Positions 1 through 10,553 of a stretch of DNA of 64,000 nt are shown here, one piece after another; position 1 is the first letter of the stretch, and the number at the start of each line of letters is the position of its first letter. Made by a program: the position numbers and the translations under genes. Location of the stretch: the IMG/VR virus record IMGVR_UViG_3300032030_000005, positions 160,001 through 224,000 of that record. One strand, written 5' to 3'. The notes under the pieces are model-generated. The model did no database searches, had not been told where the DNA came from, and saw nothing but the letters and a program-made list of their open reading frames with translations. The DNA is from a virus (taxonomy: Duplodnaviria > Caudoviricetes).

Positions 1-68
1 TTAAGTTAATATAAAGAAATAGCTAAATTATAATATATAAATATTTTCAATTAGAAATTTTAATAAAA

Positions 69-98
69 ATCCCTTAAGACTCTTTGGTCTTAAGGGAT
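69..98. terminator. CCCTTAAG-family hairpin terminator
   Basis: Inverted repeat ATCCCTTAAGAC/GTCTTAAGGGAT just past the stop of ORF 105..683(-), with T-run on the minus strand. Confidence 0.75.
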
Positions 99-104
99 AT
101 ATTA

Positions 105-683
105 TTACTTCTTTAATGTCTCTTCAAGTTCTTTCTTAGCAGCTTCAAGCTCTTCAGCCTTATCACCTTTAATATCCTTAGAACTTTCTTCAAGGATTGA
201 ATTCTGTTCTTCAAGATACTGTTTAAGAAATTCATTCTTATCTACTTTAGTCATAGCATCATAAATACCAGACTGCTTTTCAAAATTCTTAAAATTAGCA
301 ACAGCCTTAGTAAGAGCTTCCTTCTTGTCTTCTGGAATAGGAAGAATCTTACCATCTGGACTATTCTTGTCTACTAAGAGAAATGCTAAATTACCAAATA
401 CAGGTGTTCCAAAGAATCCTAAATTATATTTGATATCTGGATCGAACTGATCATAGTTCATAAACATTGTAAAATCATCAAAAGGGCTTGGAAGAAAACC
501 TGCATTATTAATCTTTCCCGGCTCTTGATCTTTTGTATGTTCCGTAACTAAATCAATAATCTTGATGAAAGCTTCATTCATACCTTCCTTATCAGAAGTA
601 TATGAAAAATCTTCAAAGATTACATTATCTTCACCCGGCTTTACTATGCCAATAAAACCAGTATAAGTTGTAACTAAATCCAT
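105..683 (-). CDS. hypothetical protein
   Basis: 192-aa ORF, AAGGAG SD upstream, AACT-N6-TA late-type motif at about 713-724. Confidence 0.8.
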   Translation of the reverse strand: MDLVTTYTGFIGIVKPGEDNVIFEDFSYTSDKEGMNEAFIKIIDLVTEHTKDQEPGKINNAGFLPSPFDDFTMFMNYDQFDPDIKYNLGFFGTPVFGNLAFLLVDKNSPDGKILPIPEDKKEALTKAVANFKNFEKQSGIYDAMTKVDKNEFLKQYLEEQNSILEESSKDIKGDKAEELEAAKKELEETLKK

Positions 684-746
684 AATCTTACTCCTTTATT
701 AAATTATTTAATATTATATAGTTAATAAAAAATTTTATTTTTTAAT

Positions 747-2153
747 TTATAATTCTTTATTTAAATTAAAAATATTTTTTATATTTCTCTTTTTAGATTC
801 CATATGAGTTCTACCAAAATATTCTTCTCTTTCATCTATAAGTTTTTGCATTTCTATAAGAGCTGGATCTATAGGATTATTAACTATATTATTCATTACT
901 TCTTCTTTATTATAACTAGCAAATCGTTTAAACTGTTGTTCTTGTTTATTAACTTCTTTTCTATTAAATTCATTAATAGGATTATCAGATATATTTTTAA
1001 AAAATTTATTTCTATTATTGCTATAAATCAATACATATAAGCCAATAAGATAACTCATAGTTAAGTCATCATGTTCACCACTCATATGATTAATCTTACC
1101 AGACTTTTCTCTTATTAATTTCTTAAGTTCATCAAAGAGTTCGTTATTGTTAATAAGTTCGGGTCTAGTATTAGCAATCATAAATAATATTTCTTCAGTC
1201 ATTACTTTTCTTGTAGTAGTATCTGTCTGGAAACCATACTTACGAGTTTCAATAGTACTTTTATTAGATTTATTCGTATTAAAGATAGAAGTCTTCTTAA
1301 TTTTCTTTTGTGTATAATCTTTATCTTCTGAAGATGTATAATAAAGATTCTTAGAAATATCAGACTTTTGAATATGTTCAATAAACGCTGAGTTAAAGTT
1401 ACGTTCAGGAATAATTACTGCATTAGGTACATATTTTTGTACAAATTCAATAACTAAATCTGCAAACTCTAATACACCAATATTATTATTCTTAAACTTC
1501 ATTACTTGTTTATAACTCATAGGATCTATTAATGAAAATGCTGAATAGTCTCGACCAAGACCACCACCAATATCTATTGATAAACACCAGTTCTTATACA
1601 TAAGATTGTTAAATGGTTCTAATACATCAATCTTATAATTATTAATATATATTGTTTGTTCATTTTCACGTTTAATATATTTGGACATTGCATCAAGTTG
1701 TTCTTCGGTAAAAATAGACATATTAGAAGCATATGTCCATTCAATAAGAATTTCTCTCTTAACCTTAGACATATCTCCTTCAAGAGCTTTGATTTGAGCT
1801 TTAAGCCATTTTTCATCTTTACCTAATTCATCATAATGATATTCTATATAAATATAATTATTGCCTGAATTCTTTTCTAAATAATCTTCTAATTCTTCAT
1901 CAGATTTATCATAAAAACTAAAATCAAATTTAGCAGCTTTTGTTATCATATCATGACAGAATTTACCTTCTGGTACATCTAAATTGTTAGGAGTAGTCGA
2001 GATTGTGATCCCATATGGTTGTTTTGCCTTTTTTGCTGCATCACTAGCTTTTGTAAGGGCCGGTCTAGCCGACATATACATGACTTTATTCATGTTCAAA
2101 AATGCAAATTCGTCACACCAAAGTATAGGAATATTAAGGCCTCGTCCTAACTT
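747..2153 (-). CDS. terL: terminase large subunit, exon 2 (Walker B plus RNase H-like nuclease domain)
   Basis: Frame extends upstream of the listed ORF as KLGRGLNIPILWCDEFAFL (GRG plus Walker B); nuclease motif SIDIGGGLGRDYSA and HDDL. Confidence 0.9.
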   Translation of the reverse strand, partial: KLGRGLNIPILWCDEFAFLNMNKVMYMSARPALTKASDAAKKAKQPYGITISTTPNNLDVPEGKFCHDMITKAAKFDFSFYDKSDEELEDYLEKNSGNNYIYIEYHYDELGKDEKWLKAQIKALEGDMSKVKREILIEWTYASNMSIFTEEQLDAMSKYIKRENEQTIYINNYKIDVLEPFNNLMYKNWCLSIDIGGGLGRDYSAFSLIDPMSYKQVMKFKNNNIGVLEFADLVIEFVQKYVPNAVIIPERNFNSAFIEHIQKSDISKNLYYTSSEDKDYTQKKIKKTSIFNTNKSNKSTIETRKYGFQTDTTTRKVMTEEILFMIANTRPELINNNELFDELKKLIREKSGKINHMSGEHDDLTMSYLIGLYVLIYSNNRNKFFKNISDNPINEFNRKEVNKQEQQFKRFASYNKEEVMNNIVNNPIDPALIEMQKLIDEREEYFGRTHMESKKRNIKNIFNLNKEL

Positions 2154-3670
2154 CTAATAAGTCTTAATATTTTATTTTATGTATTTATTCAGTATAACTT
2201 CGATGTTATTAAACTCTTTATATGATATTCTTAATAAGTCATGACCATATTTCTTACAATATTCATTTTTAAGATTATCTCTATATTGATATTCTTTTAG
2301 ATCACCATAATAACTTTCTTCAAAATGTTGAATACCATCAAATTCTATTAACAATAATGAGCCATCTGGATATTCCAATTTAAAATCAAATTTTAATGGA
2401 TGATTTTTAGATTTATGATAAAGATCTTTAAATATAAAATTACGTTTAAACTCAATATTGCGATCGGTTAACCATTTGGCTATACGCTCTTCACCTATAT
2501 AATTATTCTTACAATAAGGACATCTTTGTCCGGCTAAGAAATGATGAGGTGTCATATCAAATGTTCTATTACATTTTTTATGCTTAAATGTAAGCTTAGT
2601 CTCAGTATTTTTATATTCATTTAATACTGTATATGTATCTTTAACTAAATCATTAACTTTTGTTAAGAATTCTTCATTTGTCATAGTTTGTTTCTTTTTA
2701 GAACATACAGGACATCTATATCCTAATAAAAAATTAGATGGTGTTACATCATAAATAGTATTACAAGTATTATGTTTAATTTTAACTTTGGTGGAATTAT
2801 TAATATATTCAGACATTAACTCATATTCATTGTTGGTCAATTGATTTATTTCATATTTAAATATATCTGTATTTCTTTTATTATTTTTAGAACAATATGG
2901 ACATTTATTTTTCTTTTTCAAGAAACCTTGAGGAGTAATTTCAAATGTATTATTACATTTTAAATGTTTGATTTTAACTTTAGTAAAATTATTAATATAT
3001 TCATCTAATACTAAATATTCATTTCCACATTTTTCTTGAAATTCTTTAGTTGTTAATTTTCTATATTTATTACAATATGGACATTTTTTATATCCATTTA
3101 ATATATTAGCTACAATTCCTTCAAAAGTATTATTGCATGTTTTATGTTTAAAAGTTAATACAGATTTATTATTTGTATATTGGCCTGATATAACTATAAA
3201 TTCACCATTATTAAAATTTTCAAATTGTTTTTTAACTTCTTCAAATGTTTTTCGTTTACGGCTATAATGATTTGAATTCATATTAATTACCTCGCATATC
3301 GTTTAATATCCGGTTGTTAACATGAATATTTAAATAAAAAGTGGACTATATCTTCAGACGTATATGGTTAATACGTACTGCTCTCCATTTGGGTGATGTT
3401 TATATAACACCATATAGAAATTATTAAGTTCTATTCCTACTCTACTCCCTTCTTCAATTCTATATAGAATTTATGGTTTCGATAGTCTCTGAACGTTCTT
3501 CTATAATAAGTATAGAAGCTTCGCTGCTGATTGTCTAAGCTTCTTAATTTTTAAGCATTCAAGCTCATCTTTACAGATCACTTTGTAGCTTAAGAAGTAT
3601 AAAGAGTTTCCAGCAATTAGAAGAGTTTATTATAGTGCGAACAAGTTAGGATAGTTTCTGAAAGCTTTTT
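2154..3670 (-). mobile_element. group I intron in terL (1517 nt)
   Basis: Core elements P AATTGCTGGAAA, Q AATCAGCAG, R GTTCAGAGACTA, S AAGATATAGTCC; IGS TCCTAACTT-GTTCGCACT (3651-3634) pairs with 5' exon AGTGCGGAT (U.G at the splice site) and 3' exon AAGTTAGGA; ends in G; splicing restores frame SAD|KLGRG. Confidence 0.92.
2172..3281 (-). CDS. intron-encoded homing endonuclease (repeated Zn-binding CPxC modules plus Vsr/DUF559-like nuclease domain)
   Basis: Four H..C...CP(Y/V)C repeats; C-terminal FDF...IEFDGIQH...D..KNEYC...LLRI; lies 3' of the S element (P9 region); GAGG SD and AACA-N6-TA motif upstream. Confidence 0.85.
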   Translation of the reverse strand: MNSNHYSRKRKTFEEVKKQFENFNNGEFIVISGQYTNNKSVLTFKHKTCNNTFEGIVANILNGYKKCPYCNKYRKLTTKEFQEKCGNEYLVLDEYINNFTKVKIKHLKCNNTFEITPQGFLKKKNKCPYCSKNNKRNTDIFKYEINQLTNNEYELMSEYINNSTKVKIKHNTCNTIYDVTPSNFLLGYRCPVCSKKKQTMTNEEFLTKVNDLVKDTYTVLNEYKNTETKLTFKHKKCNRTFDMTPHHFLAGQRCPYCKNNYIGEERIAKWLTDRNIEFKRNFIFKDLYHKSKNHPLKFDFKLEYPDGSLLLIEFDGIQHFEESYYGDLKEYQYRDNLKNEYCKKYGHDLLRISYKEFNNIEVILNKYIK

Positions 3671-4267
3671 ATCCGCACTTTTTTCATCTTTAGGTGATGA
3701 TAATGATTTTACAGTATTATTTCTTTCAGCAATACGAAGCATATTTATATTATCTGTATCGTATTTAGGATTCATATGAGCTTTTAAATAAGCCGGTAAT
3801 ACTTCAATTACGTCCATAAGACGTTTAAGATTTTCTTGGCTATCCTGAAGCTGTTTATTACTAAATATCATAGTATAGTTTTCAGCTTGGAATAAATATA
3901 CCCAAGAATACCAACATATATTAGACCAAGTTTTATAGTGCTGACGAGGCAAACATATAATAACGTCTCTATTTTTTAACTGAACGAAATGTAATGCCAT
4001 ATTGCCTAAATGTAATTCATAAGGTACGGCACCACCAGTAGAATTAATCTTTATTACTTCTCTGATATAATACCAGAAATTAAGCTTAACTTCTTTAAGA
4101 ATCCGGCCTTGCATCTCTAAAGATAAATTATGACTATTAGGATCTATACCTTGTAATTTAGAATCATATAATTGTAACATAAAATTCCAATTCTTTACGC
4201 CTTTATCTTTAAGCTGTTTAGCCATTTTAATAAAACTTAAATTTGATGTATTGTAATCATAAATCAT
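3671..4267 (-). CDS. terL: terminase large subunit, exon 1 (ATPase N-terminal part)
   Basis: Walker A-like IICLPRQHYKT and NFWYYIRE motif; ATG at 4267 follows GAAAGGAG SD; spliced product about 667 aa. Confidence 0.9.
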
Positions 4268-4336
4268 ATAATTTCTCCTTTCTTTCAATATTTATAATCA
4301 TATAGTTATAAACCGAAATAAAATATAAATGTATTT

Positions 4337-4345
4337 ATATATTAT
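4337..4345 (+). promoter_or_regulatory. early-type promoter motif ATATATTAT
   Basis: Same motif precedes gene blocks at 4835, 11581(-), 30798, 37333, 40127, 49510, 60567, 61377; resembles phiKZ/AR9 early promoter consensus; low information content in AT-rich DNA. Confidence 0.55.
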
Positions 4346-4394
4346 TATTGTAATGAAAGAAACCACAACTACTATATTAAAGGAGGTAATAAGT

Positions 4395-4778
4395 ATGACA
4401 AATACTTATGAAACAATTAAGAATCTTATCGCTAGGTGTTCAAAGCCTAGCGAGCTGGATAGGATAATGGAAGAATATATCGATGACGAAATTCAGGAAC
4501 GTCTTATCGATGAATTTGAAGAAGAATACAAGAAGTTTATAGCAACAGATATAAAGGATTTGCCTGAGATTCGAGTTGATGGCCGTAGGATTCTCGATCC
4601 AGGTAATTACCGCATCTTTGCATTTAAAAACTCCCTTGTCCTGAAAGTGGAGTATGTGGTAAGAGGTTATATGGAAAACAACAAGGTAACATTTACACCA
4701 AGTAAGAACAAGTACTATAAGAGCTATCACGTATGCCTCAAGAACTCAGTTCGGTACAAGTTCAATATTGGTTACTAG
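4395..4778 (+). CDS. hypothetical early protein
   Basis: ORF 4329..4778; better start is ATG 4395 after AAGGAGGT; followed by hairpin 4794-4830. Confidence 0.75.
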   Translation: MTNTYETIKNLIARCSKPSELDRIMEEYIDDEIQERLIDEFEEEYKKFIATDIKDLPEIRVDGRRILDPGNYRIFAFKNSLVLKVEYVVRGYMENNKVTFTPSKNKYYKSYHVCLKNSVRYKFNIGY

Positions 4779-4894
4779 GTGAAAGGAAGTGATAAAAAAA
4801 AAATAATGGTTATGAACCATTATTTTTTTTATTTATATATTATAATAGTGTAAAAAAATTAATATTTTTGTCTAAAGACAAGGGGGAATTAAAA

Positions 4895-5269
4895 ATGGCA
4901 AAAGATTTTTTAAAGATCATTGATGAAGAACTTTTTACGCCAACTGAAATTGATGAATTCGTAACTGAACTTACAAGTGAAGAGTATGAATTATTAATTG
5001 CAATTGCTAAAACATGTGTTGTTCTTATTGACAAGGATGTCTTATATAAAAGACGTTCACATTGTGAAGAGTTCTGTCATGATCTTACATTGAAAATGGA
5101 TTATGTTCTTAAGTCCAGACCATACTATGAAGGAGGAACAGAAGTGTATACGACTGGTATAAAAGGAGGATATAATCCAGAACACAGATGCAACTATGAT
5201 TTAGATGCTTTACCATCTAATACTGATGTTGCTTTTGAATCAGAAAACTTTGAATGGAGGAAATATTAA
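4895..5269 (+). CDS. hypothetical protein
   Basis: ATG 4895 after AAGGGGG SD; early motif upstream. Confidence 0.75.
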   Translation: MAKDFLKIIDEELFTPTEIDEFVTELTSEEYELLIAIAKTCVVLIDKDVLYKRRSHCEEFCHDLTLKMDYVLKSRPYYEGGTEVYTTGIKGGYNPEHRCNYDLDALPSNTDVAFESENFEWRKY

Positions 5270-6018
5270 TGTATAGTACAAATCAGATTTTTAAAAAAAT
5301 TCATAGTCGTATCAATGATATAAAGGATATTACTGTTGAAACTGAATATGAAACAAATAAAAGGCTGTTTATCCGTCCAGGATTTACACCTCTTAGACTT
5401 GGATACGTAGGTGTAGGTGATATATCCTATAGTACAAGTGCATATGTATTTGATTCACTGTTTTATGATGAAACAGGTTTCAAATATGAAGAAAATAAAC
5501 AAAGATTTTTTGAAGGAAAAGCTGCTTATAAATATTGTGATGGCAGAACACTAGCACTTATTGAAAATCTACTTGATATAGTTATCGGTAGATGCGATCC
5601 TTTAGATCTAGACGCATATAAAGATCATTTATATAATAAAGATATAGAATATATAATCTTCAATCTTTCAGATAGTACTTGCATAGATGAGACAATACGC
5701 TCAAATTGTATTTTCTCAATAATTGGTCATGATTATAATCAAATGATTAAAGAAGAATACTATTTTGAAATATCTGTTGATCATTACTATGATGTAATAG
5801 TTGATAAATATTATGATGATAAGCCTTTGTCATTAGTCAAATTATACAAAATCAATAATATTACAAAATATCGTAATATAGATGAATTTGAAGAAAGATT
5901 AAACGATATAGATCCTAATATAGCTAGACTCGTACATAAAGATTATTCATATTTAGCGGAGGAAAGTATAAAACATCTTTTCAACGAAGAAGAAATTGAA
6001 ATTGATTGGAGAGATTAA
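5269..6018 (+). CDS. hypothetical protein
   Basis: ORF coupled to upstream stop (TAATG), GGAGG SD. Confidence 0.75.
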   Translation: MYSTNQIFKKIHSRINDIKDITVETEYETNKRLFIRPGFTPLRLGYVGVGDISYSTSAYVFDSLFYDETGFKYEENKQRFFEGKAAYKYCDGRTLALIENLLDIVIGRCDPLDLDAYKDHLYNKDIEYIIFNLSDSTCIDETIRSNCIFSIIGHDYNQMIKEEYYFEISVDHYYDVIVDKYYDDKPLSLVKLYKINNITKYRNIDEFEERLNDIDPNIARLVHKDYSYLAEESIKHLFNEEEIEIDWRD

Positions 6019-6019
6019 T

Positions 6020-6721
6020 ATGACTGATAATACTCTTACAGAAAAAATATTTAAAGAAAACTACCAAGAGGAAGCTCTTGGTAGTTATATTAGATACGGA
6101 TATGCACCTTTAAATTATTATAAAGGTAGATTTGTAATAAATGGTGTAGAAACTGAATTAGTAATAACACCTGATAATTCAGCTAATATCCATGAGATAT
6201 TATCATTTTTCAGTTGTGGACATGATATAATATCAGATAGTAGTTGTATATCATTATTACAGATGTTAAAAAGATTACCAAAATATAGTAATTTAGAAAA
6301 TAAAGATATTATAAATCTATCAAAAGTGGGTAATTACTTATCTTTTTATATGCATAAATATGTACCTTGTTCATTTATATCATATGATGAAGAAGAAGAC
6401 TTTATCAATATAGATTCATATATTGGCATAATTGTAGCCGATGGTATTAAGAAAAAATGTTATCAACATTGTTTATCTGTAAATTTTAAAATTTATGCAG
6501 ATCATATTGGATTTTATAGTAATCCAATGTTATTTTTCCACACTGATAGACAATGTTATATTTATGATGATGATGTTGATACATTTTATAATACTGTTAA
6601 ACGTGAAATTATTAGTCATCATAATATAGCACAACATGACATATCACAGTTAGACGCATTTAAAAATATGTATTTACAGACAGTAATAGGCCAATTAGAA
6701 AGGAATCTAGATAATGGTTAA
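6020..6721 (+). CDS. hypothetical protein
   Basis: ORF 5996..6721, likely start ATG 6020 after GGAG; ends ...LERNLDNG. Confidence 0.75.
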   Translation: MTDNTLTEKIFKENYQEEALGSYIRYGYAPLNYYKGRFVINGVETELVITPDNSANIHEILSFFSCGHDIISDSSCISLLQMLKRLPKYSNLENKDIINLSKVGNYLSFYMHKYVPCSFISYDEEEDFINIDSYIGIIVADGIKKKCYQHCLSVNFKIYADHIGFYSNPMLFFHTDRQCYIYDDDVDTFYNTVKREIISHHNIAQHDISQLDAFKNMYLQTVIGQLERNLDNG

Positions 6722-7427
6722 TACAAAAACGTTATTTGATATGGAATATAAATATCGTAATGATAGTATACGAACACCACGTAACTATTATAATACATAT
6801 GATAATTTGAATGTTAAAGATGGTTATAATTTATTAACTACTTTTCATTATGCATTTACAACAGTATACAAAAGAAATGCTATATTTTCTAATGATAGTT
6901 CAGATCATGCTATTCACTTTTATGATCGTTTCTTAAATTTATTCTTTGATTATAATTTCCGCAAAAAATTACACCCTGAGTTATTTAAAAAAACTTATTC
7001 AGCAACAGTTCCAACAATTCTAAGCGAATTTACCAATGATCAAGAATATTTTAGAATAAGAAAAGATAATGCTAGTTATATTAAATATTATATAGAATCT
7101 AATCCTGGGTTTAGTAGTGATGAATTTGTAGATGAAAAATATGATATTGTCTATATAAAATCAAATATAGCAGTTATATATTTTAACACAGATGATGTAA
7201 TAATAGCTGAAAAATATTTGCATGTATATTTTTCATATTACAATGATTTAATTATATCTAATAATGATATAAAACCAATAATGTTTTATAACGTACACAA
7301 TATAAAGGAAATCCAAGGGTTTGATGATTATATAGCAACATTATCTGAAAAGGATGAAAATGTTATTAATAGTTTAAAACGAGAATATAGAGAAATAGTT
7401 GTCGATAGTTTAGAATCTAATATTTAA
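6714..7427 (+). CDS. hypothetical protein
   Basis: 237-aa ORF, AAGGA SD; followed by hairpin plus T-run at about 7434-7470. Confidence 0.75.
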   Translation: MVNTKTLFDMEYKYRNDSIRTPRNYYNTYDNLNVKDGYNLLTTFHYAFTTVYKRNAIFSNDSSDHAIHFYDRFLNLFFDYNFRKKLHPELFKKTYSATVPTILSEFTNDQEYFRIRKDNASYIKYYIESNPGFSSDEFVDEKYDIVYIKSNIAVIYFNTDDVIIAEKYLHVYFSYYNDLIISNNDIKPIMFYNVHNIKEIQGFDDYIATLSEKDENVINSLKREYREIVVDSLESNI

Positions 7428-7505
7428 TTTATATAAAGATAAATCCATATAGGATTTATCTTTTTTTTTTATAAAAACTATTCTTTATAGTTTAAAAATA
7501 GAGAG

Positions 7506-8678
7506 GTGAAAATTGTGTCTACATTTTTTAATGATGAAATATATCCTATGATTAGTTCAAATGATAGTCAATCTATTGCTAAACAATTTGAAGCTTATGT
7601 GCAAAAATATATGGATAAAAATTCAGAAGTATTATTCCATAATATTCCTAGTAAACGATTATTCTTTACACCTAATGATATAAAGTATCCATTTGATTTA
7701 TATCATATTAATGTAAGTGATATTGATAATACGGTTAATAAGATTAAGAAGACTAAGGAATGTTATGGTGTTATTAACCAAGTTAACTTCCCATTAAACT
7801 TTTTAATGGTTAATATTATAAGATATTATCATTTAAAGAACAATCAGGCTGCTATGCAAGCTGCATTAATGTATTTGACACTATATCAATATGCTGCTTT
7901 ACATGCTAAGTATTTCCAGAAATTCTTACCTAATGAAGATTGTATGCAGTTTACATTTAATAGAGTATCTGATAAATATTACTTTAGAAAATATCAATCA
8001 GTATTCAAAGCTATATTTGCCACTGTTATTAATGCTCATGAAACACAAAAGAAATCACTAGAATCTAAAAATGATATGGATATATTAAGTTATCTTCTTG
8101 CTATAAGAACAAGACTTAATAACCAGATGAAAGCTTTTGTTAATGAGTATATGAATGACTTTAATAGTAAGAAATATCTTAAATTACAACAAGATAGTAA
8201 TGATGAAGAAAATTATTATGAAACATCAAATCAATCAGCTGAAATGGTTAATATAGTTAATAAAGCTTTTAATAAGTTTAATACACAGAAACTTGATCCG
8301 GTAATATTAAGAACTGCTTGCGGTATATGTAAAGCAGAACAGAGTGTAATGAAATTAGCACTTGAGAATATTAAAGATAATGAATTAGAATCTATTAGAA
8401 TTTTATTATTATCAATCGTTCAGTTATACATCTATAATGAAAATAATAATATAAATGAAATCGGATCACAGAAATTTGTTACTTATATGATAAGTTCATA
8501 TAGTAAGTCTAATAGTAGAAATGATATTAGCTTAAGTATCAAGGAGACTTTAGATAAATTCTTAACTAAGTACTGTAATAGATATTCTAATACAGAAAGA
8601 GAAGCCACTAAGGTTATATATAGGAAAGCTTGCTATATTTACTTTATATTACTTATTAATAAATCTTATAATGAATAA
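7506..8678 (+). CDS. hypothetical protein, probably late/structural
   Basis: 390-aa ORF preceded by AACT-N6-TA motif at about 7476; no recognisable domain. Confidence 0.75.
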   Translation: MKIVSTFFNDEIYPMISSNDSQSIAKQFEAYVQKYMDKNSEVLFHNIPSKRLFFTPNDIKYPFDLYHINVSDIDNTVNKIKKTKECYGVINQVNFPLNFLMVNIIRYYHLKNNQAAMQAALMYLTLYQYAALHAKYFQKFLPNEDCMQFTFNRVSDKYYFRKYQSVFKAIFATVINAHETQKKSLESKNDMDILSYLLAIRTRLNNQMKAFVNEYMNDFNSKKYLKLQQDSNDEENYYETSNQSAEMVNIVNKAFNKFNTQKLDPVILRTACGICKAEQSVMKLALENIKDNELESIRILLLSIVQLYIYNENNNINEIGSQKFVTYMISSYSKSNSRNDISLSIKETLDKFLTKYCNRYSNTEREATKVIYRKACYIYFILLINKSYNE

Positions 8679-8686
8679 GAAAGGAA

Positions 8687-8968
8687 ATGATGAAGATGAA
8701 CAGATATGATGAAATATTTATGGAAGGCTATTATGATGGATTAGCTGCTATTGAAGAAACACCTAAGTGTGATTGCAATCTTAGTAAGAAAGCTAAAATT
8801 AAAGCTAGAGCTACTAGACAGCAAGCAGAAGCTAATGATAGATATTTACAATTAAAGTCTGGAAGAACTGCTAATATTAGAAAGAGATTTGATTATGATA
8901 AGTTTAATCATAACTTCAATCCTAGATCTACAACAGAATATAATTTAAATGAAGAAGAAGATATTTAA
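8687..8968 (+). CDS. small putative head-associated protein
   Basis: Motif DEIFMEGYYDGL shared with ORF 36307..37311 (DEAYIQGYYDAL). Confidence 0.6.
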   Translation: MMKMNRYDEIFMEGYYDGLAAIEETPKCDCNLSKKAKIKARATRQQAEANDRYLQLKSGRTANIRKRFDYDKFNHNFNPRSTTEYNLNEEEDI

Positions 8969-8976
8969 AAAAAAAT

Positions 8977-9006
8977 ATCCCTAAAGACTATAATGTCTTT
9001 AGGGAT
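8977..9006. terminator. bidirectional CCCT(T/A)AAG-family hairpin
   Basis: ATCCCTAAAGAC/GTCTTTAGGGAT between convergent genes. Confidence 0.8.
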
Positions 9007-9010
9007 TTAT

Positions 9011-9577
9011 TTATTCTAGATTTTTTATCAAATCAAATTCAATTATTGGTCTATCATCACTAATTTCAAGGCATAACAGATCTATTTTAAAACTTTTACG
9101 CCTATTAGTAGAATTAAGTATAACTGGATAGCTTAAAGTAATTCTATCTCCTTTTTTAAAAGTATATTTTAAATCCAAAATTTCCTTAGTCTTTTCACAT
9201 TCATAGTGGAATCTATAATATTTATTAATATTTGGAGATTTGATTCTTATGGTGTCCAAACAATCACACCATATTAATATATCATATAAATCTTCGACTG
9301 CCATTTTTCGATCTATATTAATAGTTATGTCTAAATATTTCTTAAATCCATTACAATCACAATTATCAATACCAATAATACATTCTTTTATTAATTTTCT
9401 TAATTCTTCCATATTCTTTATATGATGTGAATCTTTCTGTAAAGAGATCGTTCTTAATACAGAAGAATTTATATTTAGATTATTGCAAATCTTATCTTTT
9501 AATTCATTACAAAGAGATACATAACGACGTTCAAAATAAATATCTTTTACATGTTCAATATTATGAAGTTTTTCCAT
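9011..9577 (-). CDS. hypothetical protein, tandem paralog array A
   Basis: Ends FKKGDRI...IEFDLIKNLE, similar to neighbours. Confidence 0.75.
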   Translation of the reverse strand: MEKLHNIEHVKDIYFERRYVSLCNELKDKICNNLNINSSVLRTISLQKDSHHIKNMEELRKLIKECIIGIDNCDCNGFKKYLDITINIDRKMAVEDLYDILIWCDCLDTIRIKSPNINKYYRFHYECEKTKEILDLKYTFKKGDRITLSYPVILNSTNRRKSFKIDLLCLEISDDRPIIEFDLIKNLE

Positions 9578-9592
9578 TGAAGTATAACTCCT

Positions 9593-10054
9593 TTATTCTA
9601 AGTTATTATATAATATGAATTCTGTATAACGATTTTCACCAACTAAATTGATATTAATCGTTTGTATTTTTGTATTATTAAAAATGATTTCTACAGAATC
9701 CTTTTCCTCCATTATAAATGTTTTAGGAATATTACTATATGAAATAATATTTCCATTAACAGTTATAATTACGTTATTTAAATTATTTCTTTTAGGACTA
9801 GGATTAGTAGTAGATACTAATAATATATAACTTGCTATAAAATTTCTGATTTGTTCGGTGGCATATTCGCCTTTAAATCTTATTACAAAGTTATTTATTT
9901 TATATCGGATTATATTATTGAGACAAGTATAATATAAAGAAGACGAATCACACTTATTAATTACGTCACCTCCAATGATATCTAAGCAATCAAATCTTTC
10001 TTCCGTATTATATATCTCTGAGTCAATATAACCTAGATAGTCTAACTCTTCCAT
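9593..10054 (-). CDS. hypothetical protein, tandem paralog array A
   Basis: Ends INL...TEFILYNNLE. Confidence 0.75.
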   Translation of the reverse strand: MEELDYLGYIDSEIYNTEERFDCLDIIGGDVINKCDSSSLYYTCLNNIIRYKINNFVIRFKGEYATEQIRNFIASYILLVSTTNPSPKRNNLNNVIITVNGNIISYSNIPKTFIMEEKDSVEIIFNNTKIQTININLVGENRYTEFILYNNLE

Positions 10055-10091
10055 TGTTAATATTTTAGTATTAATGGCTAGTCATCTCCTC

Positions 10092-10535
10092 TTAACTTAA
10101 AGAATTAGCTAACATAAATTCAGCAACTCTTACTTCATCATCTAAATGAATTTTCACTTCTTTAAGTAAAAATCCATCAAAAATATATTCTATATTTTCA
10201 GTACTTTTAAACTGAAAGTCTGGATGCGGACCAATTGTTGTATGACCATTAACAGTCATTTTTGTGTTATCATCCCCTCTATACATCATAAATGATTTGC
10301 AGATTAATTTCATAAATGTTCCTCCTTGAAAGTCACAAGTTGTTATAATTCTTAAAGGATCATTAGATCTTACTAAAGCGTCTATTAAATCAATGAGTTT
10401 AAATTCATCATCATAAACCGAATATAGATCGGAAGCTAAATAAAATACCGAATATGTAGGTTTAATTCTACCACGTATAATAGGTGGTATATCCTTCCTA
10501 TCATTTATGAAATAATAATTACTTTTTATCTTCAT
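10092..10535 (-). CDS. hypothetical protein, tandem paralog array A
   Basis: Ends IHLDDEVRVAEFMLANSLS; GAGG SD. Confidence 0.75.
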   Translation of the reverse strand: MKIKSNYYFINDRKDIPPIIRGRIKPTYSVFYLASDLYSVYDDEFKLIDLIDALVRSNDPLRIITTCDFQGGTFMKLICKSFMMYRGDDNTKMTVNGHTTIGPHPDFQFKSTENIEYIFDGFLLKEVKIHLDDEVRVAEFMLANSLS

Positions 10536-10553
10536 AATAATACCTCTTAATTT

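Noticed and set aside
747-4288. Terminase as two genes or a pseudogene
   Set aside because: A group I intron with matching IGS joins the parts in frame
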